From Adineta vaga (taxonomy: Eukaryota; Animalia; Rotifera): a stretch of 64,000 nt of DNA. The stretch lies in assembly GCA_021613535.1 (NCBI GenBank), contig CP075496.1, positions 4,154,001 to 4,218,000 of the forward strand. The letters are read 5' to 3'. The notes under the pieces are model-generated. The model saw only the letters and a list, made by a program, of their open reading frames with translations, was not told the origin of the DNA and ran no database searches. Both the position numbers and the translations under genes were made by a program. Each line of letters begins with the position of its first letter. The stretch's first letter is position 1. Shown one piece after another: positions 40,291-54,300 of this stretch.

Positions 40291-41744
40291 GTGCTGTTTT
40301 TTTTCTTGTCTTTCTTTTCATTCAAATGATGATTATGTCGTTCTTTTTTTCTGCATCGACAACGAATCTTCATTTATTTATTTACCAAGTTCTTTTTCCT
40401 CATGACACATGCATTACTTTTTTTTCTTTTTCGTTCTGTCAAGGTTTTTTCTTCTGTTGGTGATCTAACATGAATAAGATGTGTTAATAATCGAGTTTGT
40501 TGTGTAAATCAAACATTCAAATGTGCCATAGACGCATATTAATAATTCACGATGATTTTCTTGTCCACTGTTTTGATATAATCATCAACCTTGAAATCAT
40601 AAAAACTAACGACGTTGTTACAAACAAGTTAAGTTTGTTATGTATGAAATTCTCAGAGAAATGAAGAATACTATTGGTTACAATTCAAGGTTATTTTTTC
40701 TTCTCTTGCTAGCAATGTACTTACAAGAACGGCAGAGTGCGCAGTTAAACTGATATGTGAAACGAAAAAAAATGATGATGTTTATGTTATTAATAGTGTA
40801 TGCATTTTAATCAAGATTTTGAAATGAAACAATTGTATATGATGACCTTTCTTTGGATTAGTTGTTTTCGTTGATGGAGAGTATTGAAAGCATAAAATGT
40901 TCAGTCTTTGTTCAGAATGAAAGTTTCTTTTTTTCGCTTTGTACTCTTTGAAGAAAATGAAAACGATCATTAAGCTATCGGCAATATAAAACTATGTCGC
41001 TTAAAACGTGTTCATCTTTTTGAATATGAATGAAAACACACGGTGAGTTTAACACTATCGAACTAGAAAATTCCATCGATATATTCTGAAAATGTAATAA
41101 TTATGCTGAAGAGGATACATGTTTCCATTATGGTGATCATTCGAGAAGTATTTTGAATTTAAAATCAGAAATATTAAGACAAAATAAGACCACTTTCTGT
41201 TGTACGTGGAACAGATATGAAAGAATATATTTATTATTCAATCTGACTCTATCGAATTAGAAACATTTTACCACAGTTTGATATATTTAAAAATATTCCT
41301 AATAAGTTAATGTTTGAATAACATTCTATTCGTCAGAAGAGAAACTGTCGAAAGCGTCAGGTTATTATAAGATTATTTTACGTATTGAGTCTAATATGTA
41401 GAATTCGACAATAGTTGATTAAAAAGAAACCATATTTGATCATTCGTACTTGTTTTTTTTTATAACAGCTCGATATTTTAGAGTAATGATTTATTCATGA
41501 AAATATAATAAAATCTATCCCTACTTTTTGGATAGTCACGAAAATAAAAGAAACTACATAAGAAAAGATCTATTTCTATCACTAGAATTCTTTTATATAA
41601 ACATCATTCTATGAGATTTATTTGAAGAATATATTTTATATTTCACAAACAATGCAAAACTACACATCATTAATATTTGACAGAGATCAAATGAAGAAAA
41701 CTATACATTAATATTATTGGAAATTGATTGCATTATTCAGTAAA

Positions 41745-41800
41745 CAACTGATAATATACAATGAATGACAGACGCCTGGTTTCGCCTGTCAGGCACTAAA
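41745..41800 (-). mobile_element. Possible terminal remnant of a non-autonomous rolling-circle (Helentron/HINE-like) or MITE element
   Basis: Isolated GC-rich stem-loop TGACAG..CTGTCA (41766-41791). On the minus strand it is preceded by TTTAGTGCC, within very AT-rich intergenic DNA. The other end was not found. Confidence 0.25.
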
Positions 41801-42477
41801 TGTTTCGCTTTAGAAATATAATTATTTTGTTAATATTCTTATTTTTGTTATCAAATCATTCAATATTGTATGTCAAGATCTATTTTATTTCTAATAACTC
41901 TCCACAATCGATATAATATTCGTCCTTTATTTTTTTTTGCAATAGATAGAAACGATAAGAATAAATTCAGCTTAGAATATGGCAAAAGAAAAACTAATAA
42001 CAATATTCGTTTATTGATTTCTTATTAAAATCGATTGTTATTGTAAAATAACAATTCCGGCGATAATTAATATTTGATTTTCTCTTATTTTGAATCAATC
42101 ATAAGTACGAAATAATTTGATTTTGTCAATAAAATCATAATTGACATGTACATGTGTATTTCATTAATAGTAAGTCTACGATGGAAAATGTATTTATTTA
42201 GAAAAAACGCGAAAACAAACTTGTTGATGAAAAGCAAATATTTTGAAATACGTTCCTTTATTACATTACATACATAAATACATAAAAGTTTAAGCGATAA
42301 AACTAAATAATGCAAAAAACAACATAATTAACGCATTTATTGGATGTAAGTACATCGATTCGTCAAAATACATTGATAAAATAAAAAGAATAATGGAGGA
42401 CAAGTATAACATGTTCAAAAACTACTAATCTATTTCCACTAATTTCTGTATAACTAATTAATGATATGACAACTGAA

Positions 42478-43878
42478 TCAATTTTTTGTCTCACTATCTT
42501 TTTCTCCAAGACATACTGTACGAACAATGATGTCTGTCACAGCATATGGATCACAGTTTGATGCTGGACGACGATCTTCCAAGTAACCACATTTTTCTTC
42601 ACCAACTTGTCGAGGAATTCGAATTGATGCACCACGATTAGCGACGCCAGCATTGAATTGATTGATCTAGACAAAGAAAGCAGATAATTGTAGATAGATG
42701 AATAGTATGAATTGAATATTGAAACTTACATTTGCGGTTTCATGTCGACCAGTTAATCGACGTTCATTATTTCGACCATAGCATTTAATGTGTGTAGCAT
42801 GACGAACTTCAAGTGCTTTAATTGCTAGATTGATCGATCTATATGGAAGTAAAGTGAACTAAAATCAAAAAATTATTCACAAGAAGCTACATACTCGATA
42901 CCATTTGGTTCACGCATAGCTAATGTTGAGAAGTTTGTATGACATCCAGCACCATTCCAATCACCTGGAATTGGTTTTGGATCGAAGCTAACTTGAACAC
43001 CGAATTCTTCAGCAATACGAAGTAATAAGTAACGTGACAACCAGAGTTGATCACCTGCATCAATTCCTTCACATGGACCGACTTGATATTCCCATTGTGC
43101 AGGCATAACTTCAGCATTAGTACCACTAATATTGATTCCAGCATATAAACATGCTTTGTAATGGGCTTCAACAATGTCACGTCCGAGAGCTTGTGACGCA
43201 CCGACACCACAATAGTATGGTCCTAGAAGGTAACAGTGCAATATGTATGTATGTCATTAGATGATGTGACACTCACCTTGTGGATGTGGAAATCCACCTT
43301 TTGGCCATCCAAATGGCCATCCATCACGATCGAGTAATGTGTATTCTTGTTCGAGACCAAACCACGGATGTTGATCAGTTGCTCCTTTCATGGCTTCTTC
43401 GCAGCTCAATCGCTTGTTTGAAGCTAAAAATGAAAGTATAGAATACAGTGAATTAACACAAAGGACATGTTAACCTACCAGTTGGTTCTTTGTTGTATTT
43501 GTATGTTTCACACATGACAAGTTTGTTTTGACCAAGCATAAATGGATCTTTGTAGATGGCAACAGGCTTGAGATAGATATCAGAGTTTGATCCTTCAGCT
43601 TGACCCGTCGATGAGCCATCAAAATTCCACCATGATAGATCATTTGGTGATCGTGGTTCCTGATCAACAGTTCGAGTTTTAGCTGAAGGAAAAGAAAAAA
43701 AAATACGTACATTGACGGTTACGATGACCTATAGGTATATTTTACCTCGAAGATTTTCACCAGTACCATCAATCCAAATATAGGTAGCCATAACCTTGTC
43801 ATCTGGTTGAGGCAATTCCAAATATCGACGAAGAATGGCCTTATCCGTTGTTGCAGTATTACCTGATCGTGCGTCCAT
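42478..43878 (-). CDS. GLUL: Glutamine synthetase (GSII), copy 1; 6 exons
   Basis: [85 protein letters not shown]. Confidence 0.95.
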
Positions 43879-45160
43879 GATTAAATCTCTAGTTATATAC
43901 TAAATGTATCTAAAATTAAATAAAACATTTATAAATTACGATAATTCTTCATTACAATAAACAAAATTTACGAGTGTTACGTCAAAATTTTAGGAAAAAA
44001 ATTAGTTTACGAAGCATGAAAAAATGCTTTTATTACATGATTATGTATGGCTACAGTATTTTATTAGTAATATAGAGAGGACCTGTAGTGTCTATTGATT
44101 TTTGTGTTTTTTGTTCTTTTTTTCTTCATTTCTATCAAGTATGTGTTAATCTAATTTGTGTTTGCTGTCAAGTCTCTTCATAATTGACAACAGAGGAGAA
44201 AAACAAGAGAAGCGAAAATAGGAATAGTAATGAAAAGCCTTCTTAATGTAGTGAGTGTAATGGAACTAGTAAAACAGATTCACTATTGATACATTTCTGT
44301 AATAGATAATAAGTAACCGATAACGAAAAGAGAAAAATATGAATAGGCAAAAATGGCAAACAAAGATATGAGATAAGAAATGGAAAAACAATGTTATCTA
44401 GGTTCTGTATCAATAGGACCGATGTTTTCAAGAAAAAAATACTGTATGCAATGCATGTTACCATATCGCATAGGTAATATACATTGCGTATTTGTTCTTC
44501 GGTACATTCATGTTGACCTATTATTCCATATCAAGAAAAAGATTAAATCATATGCTAACTGTTTTGCTTTCTCTCAACAATATAAAAAATACTCCTACGT
44601 GTTACTTAACTCGATGAGAACTACATTTTTATCTGCGTTTGGTCGTAAACAACTATAAATAGAACGCAAGAAAAACATCATCAATCGATTACTCTTTCTG
44701 TGTTGTCGTAACGATACGTGCGAACTCTCGCGAATAAAAATCAAATTGAAACTATTCCGTTGACCGAAAAATCTTGTTCTCTCCTCTCATTACTTAGTGG
44801 TCTAAACGCAAAAACAACATAAATCAAATAGGTATAATTTTTTAATATAAAGGAACGTTAGTGATTTCGTAAACTTTTTGTTTAGTAACAACGAAAACCG
44901 TGAACTAGCAGAATGATATACACCGCGAGTTTATCAGATAAAAATTAGTATCATATACACTGTTAGATGAAGAAAAGAGACGCTGAATGAAGATTTTTTT
45001 CATTCTTCTATAGATCACTCATAAAAATATTTCTACAATAGTAATTGTTCTAAATGAAAAACAAAAAGAAATCAAAATCTAAACTCAAGCTTAAGAAGCT
45101 ATGCTGATGAATTTCGACAGAGGACATGACAAATAAGAAACATCACCAGTATTCATACGC

Positions 45161-46591
45161 TTATACATTAGGTTTCCCGTTTGTAACATCTTCGGTTTCA
45201 TCTATTTTTGTAATTGAACCTTTTTCACCAAGCAGTATAGTACGCACGAGAGCGTCTGTGACATCGTATGGATCACAGTTTGACGCTGGACGACGATCTT
45301 CCAGATAACCACATTTATCATCCGATACTTGACGAGGAATTCGTATCGATGCATATCGATTAGCAACTCCCGTAGTGCAGATGTTAATCTAAACGTATAT
45401 ATATATATATGAATGTGTGATATTCATTTCTCTTTCAACTCAACTCACATTCGCTGTTTCATGTCGACCAGTTAACCGACGTTCATTGTTTCGACCATAG
45501 CGTTTAATATGTGCAATATGTTGTGTTTGAAGTAATTTAATTGCCTCATTTATAGTTCTAAACAAAAGCAACGCGATCAATGAAAAGCATTACGTAAAAA
45601 CGATACGTACTCAATACCGTTTGGTTCACGCATCTTTTTCGTTGAAAAATTCACGTGACAACCGGCACCATTCCATTCACCAACCATCGGTTTTGGATCG
45701 AAACTTACTTGAACACCGAATTCTTCAGCAATACGAAGTAATAAGTAGCGTGACAACCAGAGTTGATCACTTGCATCAATTCCTTCACATGGACCGACTT
45801 GATATTCCCATTGTGCAGGCATTGATTCAGCGTTAGTTCCACTAATATTGATTCCAGCATATAAACATGCTTTGTAATGGGCTTCAACAATATCACGACC
45901 AAGAGCTTGACATGCACCAACACCACAATAGTATGGACCTAGATAGTTATATTATTGTCAAATTTATATAAATGGATAGTGTTTAACTGACCTTGTGGAT
46001 GTGGAAATCCACCTTTTGGCCATCCAAATGGCCATCCATCACGATCGAGTAATGTATATTCTTGCTTCGAGACCAAACCATGGATGTTGAGCTTGGACTT
46101 CTTTCATAGCTTCTTCGCAGCTTAATCGTTTATTTGTAGCTAAAAATGAAAGTATAGAATACAATGAATTAACACAAAGGACATGTTAACCTACCAGTTG
46201 GTTCTTTGTTGTATTTGTATGTTTCACACATGACAAGTTTGTTTTGACCAAGCATAAATGGATCTTTGTAGATGGCAACAGGTTTAAGATAGATATCAGA
46301 GTTTGATCCTTCAGCTTGACCCGTTGATGAGCCGTCGAAGTTCCACCATGGTAATTCTTTCGCTGATTTTGGTTCTTCATCAAGTGTTCGAGTTTTAGCT
46401 GAGAGAAAGAGAAACAAATATGTACTGTGAAGGTTACGTTGACTTATGGTACATTTTACCTCGAAGATTTTCACCAGTACCATCAATCCAGATATAGGTA
46501 GCCATAACCTTATATCTGGTTGAGGCAATTCCAAATAACGTCGAAAAACTGCCTTATTCAGAAGTCCTGTATTTGCTACAGACGTGTTCAT
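45161..46591 (-). pseudogene. GLUL: Glutamine synthetase copy 2; divergent, with two apparent frameshifts (pseudogene or sequencing errors)
   Basis: Same exon structure as copy 1. Relative to copies 1 and 3 it has a 1-nt deletion at ~46513 (ccttatatctgg vs ccttgtcatctgg) and a 1-nt insertion at 46065 (cttgcttcga vs cttgttcga). Confidence 0.7.
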
Positions 46592-48546
46592 TTTTCTAAT
46601 TGTTATGGAATATTGATAGAATCTATAATGAGAAGATAGAATGTAGAAATTTTATATGATGGCAATATTGTCGCTTCCATGTTGTATCAAGAGTTAGTTT
46701 CTCTACCATCAACGATGTTTTTCTCTTTTCTGAATATACCCAACCAGGATCGACAAAGAAATCCAACATGTTTTCTGTTTTCTATGCGTTTGTCGTTTTT
46801 CTTCTCCTTATATAACGTTTGTTAACATTGTTTTTGTTCTGTCTAATCGAGGCGCTGGTTCCCGATGATGAGAAAAATAACGTACGGTACGCCAATAGAA
46901 AGTGAACGAAAGCAAATTTCAAGGTAAAGTGAAAATATAAAATATTTTAAGTAAAATTCCTAAGATGATGTGATAGAATATTGATGTATAGATTAAGGTC
47001 GAATACAACGAAACAAACTATAGATTATAAGTGAAAAAATACGAAAATTGAGATAGATACAATTTCGTAGTTATTTCATTACCGTCACTAGCAATATGTA
47101 GCAGATTCATTATTGATCTGTTCTGATCGGTGGAAAAGTAGGTACTTCCACAGTGTGCATCGGAAAGAAAATTATGCTTGAAGCGTGTAATCATCAAAGT
47201 GCATCAATACGCTGTTTGACAAAAAATATATTAGATTTGAACGCAAATAATAGTATGTGTTCTTCACCTCGAAAAAAAATATAATCATTGGTATGTAATT
47301 GTATGCCATTCATCTAATGGAAGAAATGCGTTAGAATATATTTGAAAAAAAAACATATTTGAATAAATACGGTCATATTGACATAAATTTATAGATGTAA
47401 GAAAGTTGTTACTCAACGTTTGCTTTCTTCAATTTACCTATTTTAAAAAACATCGAATGCAAATTTCAATTCAAGTCGTTGACAAAATTGTATAAGTGCA
47501 TTCATGATTATAACTTCTATGCAAATGATAAAAAAAGAGCAACAAAACGAAGTTGAGATTCGAATATCGATGAATTTCTATTGAGTAGTATGGAATTACT
47601 AATAGATTCTTTTCTTTCAGAAATAATATATTCGGACATGTTATACAAAGAATTCTAAATATTTCTTAACTATAGTGCTCTATACTGATTTTATGTATAT
47701 ATCTATGCAATTCAATTAAGAAGTATTTATTCTTTCAGAAAGATAGTACGATAGAATACGAATAATTATTTTTCTGACTTTTTTTCTTAGTTTTCAATAA
47801 TTCGTGATCAGAGTGGGTTAATTTCAAGGGATATACATCATGCTGTTGAAAGATGAAATAACATAAATGCAAAACAAATATTGTAGAATCTTATATCATT
47901 TTTCGTTGAAATATTTGGCTTTTGAATCTAATATTTCTATCAATAATGATAAATCTTTGCCATCAATTATTTTATAAAACGAACCTTAAACACACTAGGT
48001 CATTCGAACGTTATTTTTCATTTTTACATCATCATCTGACTACACAATTGAGAAAAATCTTCCGATGAAAGTAGCAAATCTGACCTTGATCATAGCAAAT
48101 ACACAATTTGATACACTCATCATGAAAGCTTAGAACAGATTTTTTTCTCTCATAAACCTGTTTCAAGGTTTTATGTGATTATCTTTTCGCTTTTGTGAAA
48201 GTCCACAAGCAATCAAATGATAAGCATTGTAAAATTTTCACATTGCCTTGTCATGTAAGACATAAGGCGAGAATCGATTGATTAATGATAAAATGAAATT
48301 GAATACGACAGATAACTAAACTTTTATTAGTCGCACAGTTATATAAAGATCAGAAAAAAATAAAATTTAAAAGAGAAATATAATATATCGAATGCTGACA
48401 GAGAACCTATCGATACATTTAAACACATACACATACATACAGCCTAACGTTCAAAATTATATAACTTTCCTACTGTCATATACAAAAAATGAGAAAAAAT
48501 GTCACTGAATAATTTACATATGCTCTCAATCTCTTTCTGAGATTGA

Positions 48547-49891
48547 TTATTTAGCAGCTTGTTCTTCAGGATCTTTTTCTCCGAGACATACTGTACGAAC
48601 AATGATGTCTGTCACAGCATATGGATCACAGTTTGATGCTGGACGACGATCTTCCAAATAACCACATTTTTCTTCACCAACTTGTCGAGGAATTCGAATT
48701 GATGCACCACGATTAGCGATACCAGCATTGAATTGATTGATCTAGATAAAGAAAACAGATAATTGTAGATAGATGAATGGTATGAATTGAACATTGACAC
48801 TCACATTTGCGGTTTCATGTCGACCAGTTAATCGACGTTCATTACCTTTACCATACATGTTAATGTGTGTCTTGTGACGAGCTTTGAGTCTTGTAATAGC
48901 TTCATCAATAGCTCTATAAATATTGAAATTATTATATTCTAGAGCGATTCAATAAATAATCAGATACATACTCGATACCATTGGGTTCACGCATAGCTAA
49001 TGTTGAGAAGTTTGTATGACATCCAGCACCATTCCAATCACCTGGAATTGGTTTGGGATTAAAGCTAACTTGAACACCGAATTCTTCAGCAATACGAAGT
49101 AATAAGTAACGTGACAACCAGAGTTGATCACCAGCATCAATACCTTCACATGGACCGACTTGATATTCCCATTGTGCAGGCATAACTTCAGCATTAGTAC
49201 CACTAATATTGATTCCAGCATATAAACATGCTTTGTAATGGGCTTCAACAATATCACGACCCAGAGCTTGACATGCACCAACACCACAATAGTATGGACC
49301 TAGATAGTTATATTATTGTCAAATTTATATAGATGAATAGTGTTTAACTGACCTTGTGGATGTGGAAATCCACCTTTTGGCCATCCAAATGGCCATCCAT
49401 CACGATCGAGTAATGTATATTCTTGTTCGAGACCAAACCACGGATGTTGATCAGTTGCTCCTTGCATAGCTTCTTCGCAGCTTAATCGTTTATTTGTAGC
49501 TAAAAATGAAAGTATAGAATACAATGAATTAACACAAAGGACATGTTAACCTACCAGTTGGTTCTTTGTTGTATTTGTATGTTTCACACATGACAAGTTT
49601 GTTTTGACCAAGCATAAATGGATCTTTGTAGATGGCAACAGGCTTGAGATAGATATCAGAGTTTGATCCTTCAGCTTGACCCGTTGATGAGCCGTCGAAG
49701 TTCCACCATGGTAATTCTTTCGCTGATTTTGGTTCTTCATCAAGTGTTCGAGTTTTAGCTCGAAGATTTTCACCAGTACCATCAATCCAGATATAGGTAG
49801 CCATAACCTTATCAGCTGGCTGAGGTAATTCTAAATATCGACGAAGAATAGCTTTGTCGGTCGCAGCTGTGTTGTTGAACGATGGATTCAT
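48547..49891 (-). CDS. GLUL: Glutamine synthetase (GSII), copy 3; 5 exons (lacks intron 1)
   Basis: Intact GSII motifs; [10 protein letters not shown] is encoded contiguously across 49760. Confidence 0.95.
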
Positions 49892-51385
49892 GTTGTCGAA
49901 TATGTTACACCGCAATGTAAATGAAATAATTTATTAAATGTATGTATAGAATATCGTCTTTTTTCTAGGGTTTATATATGATGCAATACTAGATCAGCGG
50001 ACGGCGGTTGGATGAGATGAAAATGATTTCGTCTTTTTTTCTTTTCTTATTCTTCTCTTCATCGTATCATTTTTGCTTGATATCAGTATTCTTTTTATCA
50101 CGCGTTACGCATTTGGTAGTCATGTGCTTGCACTTCGGCCGTGTATCCAGGTCCGTCCAAGTACTATGAATACAAGATGACTGTATATAGACAGAAAAAT
50201 CAAACGACGTAATATCTTGAACAAAGCCTAGTCCGACTAAAAAAGTACACCAAACAAACCCATCTTCACCTTTTCGTTTCGGTTACTTTTGATACAAATG
50301 TTAACTTTCAACGGAAATTTTTTATGACAAAATTTATGAATATTCTCTTCGGCAAGAAAAAGAAAGAATATTCTTTTTTTTTTTATTTAAACGAATAGTT
50401 TTGTTTTTGTTTTTCAAAAATTCCAGGACTTATCATCAATATTGTCAGGTGGTTTTTCGATATGCACTTTTAGAAGATTTCTTACTCGTAGGTTTGCGGT
50501 AGTATATGATAACAAGTTATACACCTTAATGCACATCTAGCATTTTTTTCAGTACTTTTTTTTCTGCGTCAGATGTGCCTAATGGACACTTTTTTTTTCT
50601 TTAAGAAGGAATGGTGTATTGATTCTAAAGTCATGTATTGATTGGTGCTCTCATCAAATGCAAAGAGGCACTCATTTCATTGATGAATTGAATATTCTTT
50701 TTCACTTAACGACTATGTTATTTTTCTGTCATAAAGAAATAAATCATCATATTGTCATAAGCTAGAAGGTGAAAGATGAAATACAACGAAATAAAACGTG
50801 TGCATGACTGAATTATTTTAGTATTCTGTCTTTTCTTTTTCGTTATTAGTAATCACATCACCCGACCATTCATAATTTATTGACATTCATGAAAACAAGA
50901 AAGTTAGAAATGGGCTTTTTTAATAATTATCTTCTTTCAATTTGATATCATATGCATTTTGTTTACGTCATATGCAAAACAACTACGTCATTTTATTATA
51001 TCGTATTTACATTGAAACATAAAGATAAAATAAAAGGTTGAAGTCAAACATTTTCATCAAGTCATCGTTTATGTATGACGTCGTTCATGTTCGATAAAAA
51101 CCATTAAAATCAAAACATCAAAAATGTAAAGTCCACAGTTTTCTATATAATTTAAGATCTCATGACAATAATGTTAATGATATTGACTGATCAATCTGTT
51201 TTATTAGATACTTTTAAAAACACGATAAAAACAATAGAAGAAAAAGAACAAATCATTCAAACATGTAAAACAATTGTTTTGCTTATTCTAATAGAGATAT
51301 TTGAGAATACTAAGAAGCCGCTAAGCGATAATGCATGAAGACCAGCTTCATTTTGACTAAAAAATACACTCATTCAAATATTTCA

Positions 51386-54300
51386 TTAACCTGTAAAGAT
51401 TATATTTGGTTGTACGTGATTTTCTAAAAATCATAAAAATATTAAATCACATTTATATGAAATATCATACGTACCAATGATACAACGTGGTCTCTCGGAT
51501 GGCATCCATCGACCATGATTACATGTTAAACCCGATGGTCCATGAAGAATATAACCTATATATATATATATTTATATCCATGTTAATATTAATCAAAACA
51601 ACAAACAAGAAAATGTCGACATACCTGTATTACATTCGAATTCAATCGTTCGACTGTGACCAACATTAGGTATATATGAACGAAATTCACTTCGAATTGG
51701 TATTGGTGATATACGTTCATCTTTTAGTATGACATAAGTTCGACCATTGATTAATGGACCAGGATTGGGACAGAAAACTAAAAGAAAATCTCATTTATTA
51801 TTGACACTCTAAAATGGTACATTTGCATTGTTTTAAACTCTAGAGAGGTTGCTAGATACTTGAACTACGTTCTTCAATGTCATTGTACTCTTCAGCCTGA
51901 ATAAATATTAACCTTCCAAATAAAATATTTTATCATAAAATTTATGAAGTTTATAGAGATCATTTTCAAATAATCATAAACCATTGTCTATAAATTTCAT
52001 TATCATGACATTTGTACTTTGATAAAGAGATTCGATGCAAGTACAGAGTTTGAAATAAGATTAGTGGTTTAACGACTATGCTTTTTTTACAATAACTCAG
52101 ATATATTGGTTATTTGATGGTCTTGTTTAATCAAATTAAAAATAGATTTGGTCTACTAATGAATATTTTAATTAATAAATGAACTCGACTAATTTGAATT
52201 TGAGAGAAATGAAATGTTTGTTTCTTTTTTCGCTTACTTGGTAAACATCTTGGTGGCTGTTCTGGTAACCATTGTCCAAATTGACACGTTAATTTGGCTA
52301 TATGATTATTTTCAATTCTAAAACCAGGAAAGCAACGATATCGTGCAATAGATCCATGTTTTGTTGTATGAAAAATAGTTCGACCGTTTGTTATCGTTGG
52401 TGGATGTTCATTACATGATCGTGGTATACAATGTGCATGATGTGATAATTTTCCATTTTCAAGACATTCAACTGTTACTTGTTCACCAATAGGTTGATAG
52501 TTCTCTGCACACGTAAATGAAAATGAAGAACCTTGTTCAATTAATGTTCCAGATGGTATTGTCGTATTGATAATATTACGTAAAAAGAGCATATGAGGTA
52601 CAATACATTTAACTAAATGAATTGAAAAAAAAGGCAAGTTTTTCTTTTGAAAACAATTGTTAATGCAAATCTAAACATTGATGAAATAAAAACATGAACT
52701 TACTCGAATGACAAATTGGTTGTTCTGAAAGATTTCCATTGATACAACGAATAGTGTCGTTGCTTAATGGTAAACTATTATTATTCTGACATGTATAATG
52801 AACATTTTCTCGATGACGATAAAATGTTTTAGAAAATATAATATTGTCATTTTCAACACGACAGCCTAAAAAATGAAATTGCCTTGTGTATAATACAAAT
52901 TCCTATCTGAGAAATATGTACCATTATAACATCGTAAATGTTTAGGGAAAATTTTTCCCCGTCGACAAACAATTCGTTGACGTTGTTTCGAATTTTCACA
53001 AAGATATTCTAAATGACTTCCATCTGGAATTTTTTGCATAAATGGACGCAGTCGCATATAACGTGCATCACGTGGTAAACCTGGTATTGGACAGGAGATA
53101 GGTTCTAAAAGAATTACAATAATAAAAACATACATTGAGAAATCAATAACGACAACAACGAACTTTCACAAATGGGAATCTTTGGTAACCAATTTCCATT
53201 CAATTGACATTTTGATATCCGTGAACCACGTAATGTCATATTAGCTGGACATTGAAATGTTACTATGGAATTTATTGAATATTTTAATGAATCATTTACT
53301 GCTAATGATTCAATCTGACCGTTAAAATCTGTTTGAGGATTTTCACATGTAATTGCTAGAATAAGTAAAGTTAATAAGAGAAAAATCAAAATATTCAAAG
53401 AATAGATACGAACGTTCACATGTCGGTGGTGTTGGTTGCCAATCTGATGAAACACATTTTAATATAGATGAACCGTGTAAGTGGTAACCATCTTGACAAA
53501 TATATTGTATAGTTTCATTTGTTGTTCGATCAGGTTGAATTATTTCACTATAGCTGACAATCGGAGGTGTATTACATGATTTTCCTACGAGAAAAAAAGC
53601 AAAAAGAAATATTTTCGAATAAATAAATTTCTCAATTACTTTGACAAATAGGCATTGTTCCTGACCAAAGACCATTCTCTTGACAAGCTCTTGTTGTATC
53701 TTTTCCAATCAATTCAAAACCATCATTACAAAAAAATGCAATTATATTTGGATAATCAAATCGTTCTCCACTTAAAAATCCATCACGTAATACACCAGGT
53801 GAACCGCAATCAATCGCTATTTTGATTTTTTTTTAAATAAAAACAACTAAATATTTAGAAATAAAACAAACAAATAAATTACTTACGTGTACATTTCAAT
53901 GTAGCAAATGTCCATTGACCTAAAAATGTACATTCTGATGTTGTCGTACCCGTTCTACAATATGAATGAATAGAAAACAAAACTGAAACGATCTTCTTTT
54001 CATTTTTCATTAAATCTTACCCAACATAACCAGTTAAACAAGTATATTTAACTGAGTATCCTGCATGAAATGTTGTAATTGTTGTTGGAATATCATTGAC
54101 CGCATTGATTATGTCAGATGGTCGATCACAAAAAACTAATTTCGAAAGAAAATTAACAAAATCATTTCAACTACATGATATGTTGTCCCCCTAATCATGG
54201 CATAATTTTCTTCAATTGACTGAACAAGCAGCAGAACAAGTCTAGACTTCGACATATACATACGATGATCATAACACAGTGTCTTATACTTCTTATGATA

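Noticed and set aside
42920-49785. Recurrent alternative-frame ORFs inside the GS genes (e.g. MVLVHVKLL...)
   Set aside because: They are shifted-frame shadows repeated because the genes are paralogs, and they are interrupted by stops after splicing.
50960-51085. Cluster of CRE-like TACGTCA/TGACGT motifs (also near 11085-11100)
   Set aside because: The motifs are short, far from a defined TSS, and have no independent support.
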